From NCBI GenBank assembly GCA_965648905.1, contig CBFGIT010000002.1, forward strand, positions 1 through 64,000: a stretch of 64,000 nt of DNA, written 5' to 3'. Made by a program: the position numbers and the translations under genes. The notes beneath the pieces are model-generated. The model saw nothing but the letters and a program-made list of their open reading frames with translations, ran no database searches and was not told where the DNA came from. The first letter of the stretch is position 1; each line of letters opens with the position of its first letter. The stretch comes from a candidate division WOR-3 bacterium. GTDB taxonomy: Bacteria; Hydrothermota; Tepidihabitantia; Tepidihabitantales; Tepidihabitantaceae. Positions 56,964 to 64,000 of this stretch are shown piece by piece.

Positions 56964-57140
56964 ACAAGCGCCCCGGCTTCCACCGAGGCGCTGACAAAGG
57001 AGGTCGATGGTTCCTTGGCGAAGCCCGCGCAGAAGCAATCTGCATCCCACACCGGTCGGGAGCCATCGGTCGGCCGGGTGGTTTTAGTCGCGGCTCGCGA
57101 CGGGAAGACGTGACTGACCGGGTCCGGTCAGCCACCGCCG
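56962..57140 (-). ncRNA. Candidate small RNA (~175 nt)
   Basis: Own promoter (TTGACA 57174-57169, TATGCT 57152-57147), several hairpins, terminal hairpin 56992-56967 that pairs fully (with one G-U) only on the minus strand; no credible ORF. Confidence 0.45.
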
Positions 57141-57449
57141 CACAATAGCATAAGACCCCCAGCAGGGCTGTCAAGAAGATTATTGGCAGTGATTAGGTAT
57201 TGAAAGAACGTAACTTAGGACAGGTGAGGCACGTCGGTGCGGCATCGTGGGCTTCCTGTTGAGTGCTAGGTCATTGAAGTAACTCAGCTTAGCTCAAAGA
57301 ACCCCCTTCTGACCAGCGGCACTGTGTCAGAAACACCTGACCAAGCCGGCTCCAGCGATCTCCGCCGCGTTGATTCTGACTATATGTTACACATTATTAA
57401 ACAGTTACATTCGCGTCGAACATGCGAGATTGCAGTTGGGGGCTGGCGT

Positions 57450-58244
57450 TCAGAAGCAGCCGATATTTGTGCCTTCGTTGCCGACCTTGCGGCAGGGCGA
57501 GTTCTTTGCCAGGCGGTAGTCACCAGACTCGCGGTTGATGAACTTGGGGTCCTGCATGATGTTACTGTCGCCCGGCGTGACCCGGTCGAAGTTGCACGAT
57601 TGATTGAACAGACAGTTACGCTGCACGGTCATCCGGCCGGTGTTCTGGTCGGTTGCAATGCCACGAGGGTTGAACGCGACGATGCAGTCGGTGATTACCA
57701 CTCCGGCGCTGTCCCGGGCAGCATAGATGCCGGTCTCACCGTTATCGGCAACCGTGCAGTGGCTGATACGCGCCGAAGCATTGCCGGCCATGGCGCTTAA
57801 GTAGACGCCGCGTTCGCCGTTGTCGACAATCAGGCATCCGGTGATGGTCTGGTGCCCATCCCTGACCCAAATGCCATGTGAGTCGGCGTTTCTCACGGTC
57901 AGCCCCAAAATCCGGTTGCTGTCTGAAAGGAGCTCGATTCCGGCGTAGCGATAGCTCGCGTCAATGACGGTTGTCATGGGGTCAAGGCCGAGCAGGGTGA
58001 TGCTGCCGACGCGGTCGAATCTGACCTGTTCCCGGTACACGCCGGCCTTGACCAGGATGACGTTGCCCGGTTCGGCCCGGCTCAGTGCTTCGCCGATGGT
58101 CTGGTACGTGCCGGTGCCGTCGGCGGCCACCACGACGTCAGCGCGGGGCGGTGCGGTTGGCAGCACCTCGGGCCGCGGGCAGCGGACCGACACGGCCAGA
58201 ATGATGAGCACGACAGCAGAGCGCAGCAGAGAACGACGCGGCAC
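57450..58244 (-). CDS. Right-handed beta-helix (pectin-lyase fold) secreted protein
   Basis: VVAADGTGTYQTI.EAL...G..ILVKAGVYRE, NG..G repeats, DPKF...DYRL...SPC. Confidence 0.85.
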   Translation of the reverse strand: MPRRSLLRSAVVLIILAVSVRCPRPEVLPTAPPRADVVVAADGTGTYQTIGEALSRAEPGNVILVKAGVYREQVRFDRVGSITLLGLDPMTTVIDASYRYAGIELLSDSNRILGLTVRNADSHGIWVRDGHQTITGCLIVDNGERGVYLSAMAGNASARISHCTVADNGETGIYAARDSAGVVITDCIVAFNPRGIATDQNTGRMTVQRNCLFNQSCNFDRVTPGDSNIMQDPKFINRESGDYRLAKNSPCRKVGNEGTNIGCF

Positions 58245-58361
58245 GGACTATTATACCCGGGTTGGGGCCAAGTCAACCACCGATTAGAAGTTAGGTCCGC
58301 AATGGACAGGCCGGATGCTCGTTCTATAATTGACCATCTCGAACCACTGAAAGGAATCAAC

Positions 58362-59204
58362 GTGAAATCGCTCGGCATCCTGGTCTTTTTGGCCGTGACT
58401 GTGGCCCGCGGCCAGTTCCAGCGTGAGTGGCAGAGCGGCAACCTCGGCACCTATGCCTGGGGTGTAAGCTACGGGTACGACGTCGACAGCGACAACGTAC
58501 CCAACATGTGGACCCGGGATTCGGGCCGCATCATCATCTACCGCAACTTCACACCGTGGTGGACCGTGGACTTCGGCCGCTATACCTATCCGTTCGTTGT
58601 GACTCCGCGCGATGTCGACGGCGATGGACTCGTCAGACCGGTCAACATGGACGGTGACCCGTCCGGCGAGGTGGTGATGACTGCATACCGCATCTCCGGT
58701 CAGGCCTGGTCCGGGATAGTGCGGGTCTACGACGCGTCGACGCGCCAGCTCGAATGGGAGAGCGCCGAGCTGGCCGGGTTCACCGGCACCGCGTCGGTTG
58801 ACGACGTGGACGGCGACGGCAAGCATGAAATCGTGCTCACGCGCTACGACTACAGCGGCGGCTGGGGCTATGTTGAGGTGTACGGCCATGTCGGAGTCGG
58901 CCTGGACTCAAGACCGGAGTACGCCCTCAGGCAGTCCGAGCCGACTGCCGCGCCTTCGGTGTCCGCCGGGTTGACCCGAGTGCGGTTCGAGCTTGCCGAA
59001 CCGACCCAGGTGAGGCTCGTCATCTATGACCCGGCCGGGCAGGTGGTGCGTACCCTGGTTGATGCCGCGCTGCCGGCCGGCGAGTACGGCATCAGTTGGG
59101 ACGGACGGTCCGACAACCAGACCCTGGTCCCGGCAGGGACATACTGTTATCGACTCGGGCGCGGAAACGAAGAGCTGACCGGCCGGCTGGTCATCGTGCG
59201 CTAG
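58362..59204 (+). CDS. FG-GAP/VCBS-repeat secreted protein with FlgD Ig C-terminal domain
   Basis: AAAGGA RBS before the GTG; DVDGDG repeats; IYDPAGQVVRTL...WDGRSD...AGTY. Confidence 0.82.
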   Translation: MKSLGILVFLAVTVARGQFQREWQSGNLGTYAWGVSYGYDVDSDNVPNMWTRDSGRIIIYRNFTPWWTVDFGRYTYPFVVTPRDVDGDGLVRPVNMDGDPSGEVVMTAYRISGQAWSGIVRVYDASTRQLEWESAELAGFTGTASVDDVDGDGKHEIVLTRYDYSGGWGYVEVYGHVGVGLDSRPEYALRQSEPTAAPSVSAGLTRVRFELAEPTQVRLVIYDPAGQVVRTLVDAALPAGEYGISWDGRSDNQTLVPAGTYCYRLGRGNEELTGRLVIVR

Positions 59205-59219
59205 GGCGAACTCCCGGTG

Positions 59220-59248
59220 TTGACTTGTCGAACGGAATCGTCTAGAGT
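59220..59248 (+). promoter_or_regulatory. Promoter of the tRNA-Ser/gltX/glnS unit
   Basis: TTGACT-17 bp-TAGAGT. Confidence 0.6.
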
Positions 59249-59271
59249 AGGAGCCCGAGTTCGCGTTAGCC

Positions 59272-59358
59272 GGAGGGCTAGCCTAACTGGTAAGGCAGCA
59301 GACTTGAAATCTGCCGACTCAGCGATGGGTCTTGCGGGTTCGAATCCTGCGCCCTCCG
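59272..59358 (+). tRNA. tRNA-Ser (anticodon TGA)
   Basis: Acceptor GGAGGGC/GCCCTCC, discriminator G, anticodon arm GCAGA-CTTGAAA-TCTGC, long variable arm, TTCGAAT T-loop; CCA not encoded. Confidence 0.93.
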
Positions 59359-59363
59359 CGTCA

Positions 59364-59452
59364 GGAGAGGTGGCCGAGTGGTCTAAGGCGATCGCTTGCT
59401 AAGCGGTTGTACGGGTAATACTGTACCGTGGGTTCAAATCCCACCCTCTCCG
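59364..59452 (+). tRNA. tRNA-Ser (anticodon GCT)
   Basis: Acceptor GGAGAGG/CCTCTCC, anticodon arm ATCGC-TTGCTAA-GCGGT, long variable arm, TTCAAAT T-loop; CCA not encoded. Confidence 0.93.
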
Positions 59453-59460
59453 TTAGCCTG

Positions 59461-61041
59461 ATGACTTCAGCGCCGCAACCTGACACCCCGGTTCGAGTCC
59501 GCATCGCGCCGTCACCGACCGGCGCAATGCACATCGGCTCGGTTCGTACCGCGCTCTACAACTGGCTGTTTGCCCGCCGGCATGGGGGCAGATTCATATT
59601 GAGAATCGACGACACGGACCGAGAGCGGAATCAGCCGGAGACACTTGAGCCGATATTCCAGAGCCTGCGTTGGCTCGGTATCAACTGGGATGAAGGCCCT
59701 GGAGTCGGCGGCCCGCACGAGCCCTACTGTCAGTCCGGCCGCACCAGACGCTACCAGGACGCAGTCGAGCAACTGCTTGCCTCTGGCCATGCCTACCACG
59801 ACTACGCCACGCCGGACGAAATCGAGGCCGAACGCCGGGCTGCAATCGAGAGCAAGCAGGGTGTGTTCCGGTACAGCCGGCAGTGGATGGCTGAGACTGC
59901 TGCAGCCCGGGCCCGGTTCGAGGCCCAGGGACGCAAGGCCGTGGTCCGGCTGAAGATGCCCGAGGATGGCGTCCTGGTACTGGGTGACCTGGTGCGCGGT
60001 GAAGTCCGGTTCGAGTGGGCGAGAGAACAGGACCATGTGGTTCGGCGGGCCGACGGCACGTTCCTGTACCACCTGGCGAGTATTGTTGACGACCGTGACA
60101 TGGCAATCAGCCATGTCATCAGGGCCGAAGAACACCTCTCAAACACCGCCCGCCAGGTGTTCATCCTTCAGGCCCTGGGTGCGCCGGTACCCCGGTTTGC
60201 CCATCTGCCGGTCGTTGCCGAGCCGGGCAGCAGAAACAAGCTGAGCAAACGCAAGCTCGGCCAGTACCTGAAGCAGAAGGACTTTGCCGAGCTGATGGAG
60301 CGCGGGCTCAAGGTCTGCCGCGGCCTGGGCATCAAGCCCGAGCCGGACCGGTTCAACCCGGTCGTCGTCGGATTCTACGAGCTGGTCGGATTCGTGCCCG
60401 AAGCAATCTTGAACTACGTTGCTCTGCTCGGTTGGTCCCTCGATGACCGAACCGAAGAACTGACGCGCGACGAGCTGATTCATGCTTTCTCGCTCGAACG
60501 CGTCAACCGCGCGCCGGCCAGCTTTGATGCTGACAAGCTGATGTCGTTTCAGGTGCGCCGGATGCTGGCAACGCCGGTTCCAGTCCGTGCCCGCCTCTGC
60601 CTCCAATATCTGGTCCGGGCCGGTCTGGTCCAAGACACAGTTGAAGCTCTGACGACCGTGGGCCAAATCGTTGCGGCGGCCGGCGACCGGATTAAGGTTG
60701 CCGGTGATATCCTTGACTATGCCGATTTCTTCCTGCCGGATGAGCAGCTTACCCGGGACCAGGCCGCTTCCCGGCGTGAGCTGGGCCGGCCGGGCGCAAG
60801 AGAGCTGGTCCGGCGCTTCCGGGACCGGCTGGCCACGGTTGAGCCGTTTGACGCACCGACAATTGAACGACTGATGCAGGAGTTTGTCTCAAGCGAGGGC
60901 ATCAAACTCGGCCAGGTGATTCACGCCCTGCGCGTGGCGGTGACTGGTCGAACGGTCGGGTTTGGGATGTTCGACACGCTGGCGATTCTGGGCCGCGAAC
61001 GCTGCCTGCGCCGGATTGACCTTGCTTTGGAAAAGGAGTAG
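59461..61041 (+). CDS. gltX: Glutamate--tRNA ligase
   Basis: RIAPSPTG.MHIG, LRIDDTD, SHVIRAEEH, KLSKR, LRVAVTG; ATG at 59461 (the ORF-track start lies in the tRNA). Confidence 0.96.
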   Translation: MTSAPQPDTPVRVRIAPSPTGAMHIGSVRTALYNWLFARRHGGRFILRIDDTDRERNQPETLEPIFQSLRWLGINWDEGPGVGGPHEPYCQSGRTRRYQDAVEQLLASGHAYHDYATPDEIEAERRAAIESKQGVFRYSRQWMAETAAARARFEAQGRKAVVRLKMPEDGVLVLGDLVRGEVRFEWAREQDHVVRRADGTFLYHLASIVDDRDMAISHVIRAEEHLSNTARQVFILQALGAPVPRFAHLPVVAEPGSRNKLSKRKLGQYLKQKDFAELMERGLKVCRGLGIKPEPDRFNPVVVGFYELVGFVPEAILNYVALLGWSLDDRTEELTRDELIHAFSLERVNRAPASFDADKLMSFQVRRMLATPVPVRARLCLQYLVRAGLVQDTVEALTTVGQIVAAAGDRIKVAGDILDYADFFLPDEQLTRDQAASRRELGRPGARELVRRFRDRLATVEPFDAPTIERLMQEFVSSEGIKLGQVIHALRVAVTGRTVGFGMFDTLAILGRERCLRRIDLALEKE

Positions 61042-61044
61042 CCA

Positions 61045-62766
61045 ATGAGCGACGAGCGAACAGGTTCGCCTGCTGACGCGCGGGCTGGCCGCAGTTTCAT
61101 CGAGGAGGCGATTGAGGCCGACCTTGCGGCTGGTCGGTTCGACCGGGTTCGGACCCGGTTTCCGCCTGAGCCGAACGGCCGACTCCACATCGGCCATGCC
61201 AAGGCGATAAGCATCGACTTCGGCATGGCCGCGCAGTATCACGGTGAGTGTAACCTGCGTTTCGACGATACCAACCCGACCCGCGAAGAGACCTCTTATG
61301 TCGAGGCAATAAAGGAAGACATCCGCTGGCTCGGCTTTGACTGGGGTGACCGTGAGTTCTATGCGTCCGACTACTTCGAGCAGCTCTACCAGTGGGCAAT
61401 TCAGCTCATCAAGGCGGGCAAGGCGTATGTCTGCGACCTGTCCGGTGACGAGGTCCGCGAGTACCGGGGGACACTTACCGAGCCTGGTCGGAACAGCCCT
61501 TACCGCGACCGTTCGGTTGAGGAGAATCTGGACCTGTTCGAGCGGATGCGCCAGGGTGAGTTTCCAGACGGCTCCCGCACCCTGCGGGCGAAGATTGACA
61601 TGGCTTCTCCCAACCTGAACCTGCGTGACCCGGTGATGTACCGGATTCTGCACGTTCCGCATCATCGCACCGGTGACAGATGGTGTATCTATCCGACCTA
61701 CGACTGGGCGCACGGTCAGTCCGACTCAATCGAACGCATCACCCACTCGCTCTGCTCGCTCGAGTTTGAAGACCACCGGCCGCTGTACGATTGGTTCATC
61801 CGCGAGCTGGGGATTTTCCCATCGCGCCAGATTGAGTTTGCCCGACTCAATCTGACCTACACGGTGATGAGCAAACGTAGGCTGCTGGAACTCGTCGAAG
61901 GCGGCTATGTCAACGGTTGGGACGACCCGCGGATGCCGACTCTCTGCGGCATGCGGCGCCGGGGCTTCACACCAACCGGCATTCGGGAGTTCTTGCGCCG
62001 CGTCGGTGTGGCAAAGGCTGACACCGTGGTCAACTACGAACTGCTCGAACACTGTCAGCGCGAGGACCTGAACCGCCACGCACTCAGAGCCATGGCCGTG
62101 TTGCGGCCGCTCAAAGTCGTCATCGAGAATTACCCTGAGGACAAGGTCGAGGCTCTGGCCGCGGTCAACAATCCGGAAGACCCGCAGGCCGGCACACGGC
62201 CGGTTCCTTTTGCCCGCGAAATCTACATCGAGCAGGACGACTTCCGCGAAATCCCGCCACCCCGGTACTACCGGCTTGCTCCGGGCCGCGAGGTTCGGCT
62301 CCGCTATGCTTACTTCATCAAATGCACGGGCGTGGTCAAGGACGAACAGACCGGCGCAATCACCGAGCTCCGCTGCACCTATGACCCGGCCACCAGAGGT
62401 GGTGATGCGCCTGATGGCAGAAAGGTCAAGGCAACGATTCACTGGGTCTCAGCCCGCCACGCAGTCAAAGCCGAAGTCCGGCTTTACCAGCACCTGTTTT
62501 CCAAACCCGACCCGGACGAAACCGCACCGGGTCAGGACTGGCGGTCAAACATTGCTCCGGATTCAATCGAAGTCCTGACCGACTGCCGGCTTGAACCCAG
62601 TCTTGCTCAGGCCCGACCTGGTGACCGGTTTCAGTTTGAGCGGCTCGGGTACTTCTGCTGTGACCCGGACTCGACTCCAGGCCGGCCGGTCTTCAACCGT
62701 ACCGTCACCCTGCGCGACCAGTGGGCAAGAATCGCAGCCGGCCAAGAACGCAAGACCCGGCCGTGA
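61045..62766 (+). CDS. glnS: Glutamine--tRNA ligase
   Basis: [62 protein letters not shown]. Confidence 0.96.
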   Translation: MSDERTGSPADARAGRSFIEEAIEADLAAGRFDRVRTRFPPEPNGRLHIGHAKAISIDFGMAAQYHGECNLRFDDTNPTREETSYVEAIKEDIRWLGFDWGDREFYASDYFEQLYQWAIQLIKAGKAYVCDLSGDEVREYRGTLTEPGRNSPYRDRSVEENLDLFERMRQGEFPDGSRTLRAKIDMASPNLNLRDPVMYRILHVPHHRTGDRWCIYPTYDWAHGQSDSIERITHSLCSLEFEDHRPLYDWFIRELGIFPSRQIEFARLNLTYTVMSKRRLLELVEGGYVNGWDDPRMPTLCGMRRRGFTPTGIREFLRRVGVAKADTVVNYELLEHCQREDLNRHALRAMAVLRPLKVVIENYPEDKVEALAAVNNPEDPQAGTRPVPFAREIYIEQDDFREIPPPRYYRLAPGREVRLRYAYFIKCTGVVKDEQTGAITELRCTYDPATRGGDAPDGRKVKATIHWVSARHAVKAEVRLYQHLFSKPDPDETAPGQDWRSNIAPDSIEVLTDCRLEPSLAQARPGDRFQFERLGYFCCDPDSTPGRPVFNRTVTLRDQWARIAAGQERKTRP

Positions 62767-63389
62767 AGAACAACTCCACCCCGCATTCTTTGGCCCAGCC
62801 CTTGTGCCGAGTGAACCTGTACATGGGCACAGGTGCGCCGCCGGTCCCTTGTGCAGTTGTACCCGAACCAGGACATGACCCCAAACCGTCCAACCCTCAG
62901 CGCTACGTCCTGCTCGCCCTCCAATACTACGCTGCGGTGCTTGTCCGCTACCCGAAGTCTGAGCGGACCACGGAGCGGCACGCAGCCGAGCTGCTCGAAA
63001 TGGCGCGGCTGATTATCGAAGAAGGCATCTGGCCCGACTCTGACCTGCTGCGCTATGCCGGTATCAGCGACCGGGTGCGCATCGTTGAACCGCCGCCTTC
63101 TCCGGCCCGGCTGACCGTGCTTGAGCTCGGCCGCGGGCCCGGGCCAGAGGAGTTCGAACTGCTCGTAAGTCCGGCACAAGACATGACCGAGGACGAAACC
63201 GTGCTGTCGGCCATTGTCCTGCTCCAGGGGATTCTGCCTCTGCTCGATCCAACCGCGGTCAAGGTACTCGACCACGGCCTGCGGTACGTCAAGTCATTCC
63301 AGGACGAAGGCATGGACTGTGCCAATCCGGTTGCGGCCCGCAGCATGGCCAACCGCGCCTTCCAAGAGGCCGGCGGTCTCGTCGGTTGA
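62763..63389 (+). CDS. Hypothetical protein
   Basis: GTG overlaps the glnS stop; 208 codons with protein-like composition. Confidence 0.6.
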   Translation: MKNNSTPHSLAQPLCRVNLYMGTGAPPVPCAVVPEPGHDPKPSNPQRYVLLALQYYAAVLVRYPKSERTTERHAAELLEMARLIIEEGIWPDSDLLRYAGISDRVRIVEPPPSPARLTVLELGRGPGPEEFELLVSPAQDMTEDETVLSAIVLLQGILPLLDPTAVKVLDHGLRYVKSFQDEGMDCANPVAARSMANRAFQEAGGLVG

Positions 63390-63414
63390 CAGTCTCCGGC
63401 TGACAGGCTAGACT
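63386..63414 (+). promoter_or_regulatory. Sigma70-type promoter
   Basis: TTGACA-17 bp-TAGACT. Confidence 0.55.
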
Positions 63415-63446
63415 CGTCCAAGCAATCAGACTGACCGGAGGCGGAA

Positions 63447-63626
63447 ATGAAGTCCTTGTTCGTGCTGCTTCTTGCCGTCACTGCCTTGACTGCGGTGTAC
63501 GGCCAGCATCTCATCAACGGCGACTTTGAGACCGGGTCGCTGCCCCCCTGGACAACGAACGGCTGGGTCGTCGACACCGTCAACCCGCACCCCGGCCACC
63601 GCTGCCGGGTGATGCTCCTGAGGTAG
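63447..63626 (+). pseudogene. Truncated secreted protein (CBM-like start)
   Basis: GGAGG RBS, signal MKSLFVLLLAVTALTAVYG, then LINGDFETGSLPPW, stop after 59 aa. Confidence 0.55.
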
Positions 63627-63649
63627 AGTAGAACGATCGTGCGGGCACC

Positions 63650-64000
63650 ATGCAGGCTCTCCTCCTGATTCTGCTGGGAATGTTCCCTGACTCAGCCCGC
63701 ATTGTCGCGAGGACAAGGGTTGCTTCCTCCCTTGCATACAGTTGCGCGCGGTCAGTCGCTCGCGATGGGCGGGGCGTTATCCACGTTGCTTTCTCGTACA
63801 ACGAGGGTCTTCCATTCGCCGAGTCGGCCGAGGTATTCTACACCCGCTCGACTAACGAGGGCGTGACCTGGTCCGCCTGGGAGAACGTAAGCCGGTCCGA
63901 CAGCTTCACAGTCATGTTTCCCTCACTGGCCGTTGACAGCAGCGGGGTTGTCCATTGCGCATGGAAGCAGTTCTGGATTGACGGCACGGACGGCCGGCAC
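63650..64000 (+). CDS. BNR/Asp-box (sialidase-like) secreted protein, runs off the window
   Basis: MQALLLILLG..., G.IHVAF, YTRSTNEGVTWS (Asp-box), PSLAVDSSG.VHCAW. Confidence 0.8.
   Translation, partial: MQALLLILLGMFPDSARIVARTRVASSLAYSCARSVARDGRGVIHVAFSYNEGLPFAESAEVFYTRSTNEGVTWSAWENVSRSDSFTVMFPSLAVDSSGVVHCAWKQFWIDGTDGRH

Noticed and set aside
57365..57392. Chromosomal dif site
   Set aside because: ATATGTTACAC resembles a XerD arm, but no XerC arm at the right spacing
59272..59358. Selenocysteine or suppressor tRNA
   Set aside because: Anticodon is TGA (reads UCA, Ser), not TCA; 7-bp acceptor stem is canonical

Overview
GC-rich (roughly 60%+) bacterial chromosome segment. It is most likely from a diderm anaerobe of the FCB-related candidate phylum WOR-3; this is an inference from the style of its C-terminal sorting domains and its PorV/TonB gene content. 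It opens with the 3' end of an ISNCY/IS1202-like transposase. Housekeeping genes include surE, deoC, kbl, murA, ispG, ispD-dxr-rseP, trpS, two tRNA-Ser genes and gltX-glnS. There are two TonB-dependent receptor loci, one of them a lipoprotein-TBDR-cargo-PorV-clostripain operon, and at least seven secreted proteins with T9SS-like/FlgD C-terminal domains. Other content: a serine-palmitoyltransferase-like gene coupled to a long-chain acyl-CoA ligase, redox genes, and a six-gene operon joining a corrinoid protein and two MtaA/UroD-type methyltransferases to a 2-hydroxyacyl-CoA-dehydratase-type Fe-S pair and its ATP-dependent activator. Below gene level I see a family of ~40-bp palindromes inserted in frame into that operon, heptamer microsatellites inside coding regions, two intergenic tracts with 12-nt periodicity, recurring TAA-N19-TTA sites, and a candidate ~175-nt sRNA. 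No CRISPR array, rRNA or prophage was seen. All calls are from motif recognition by eye; no database searches were run.
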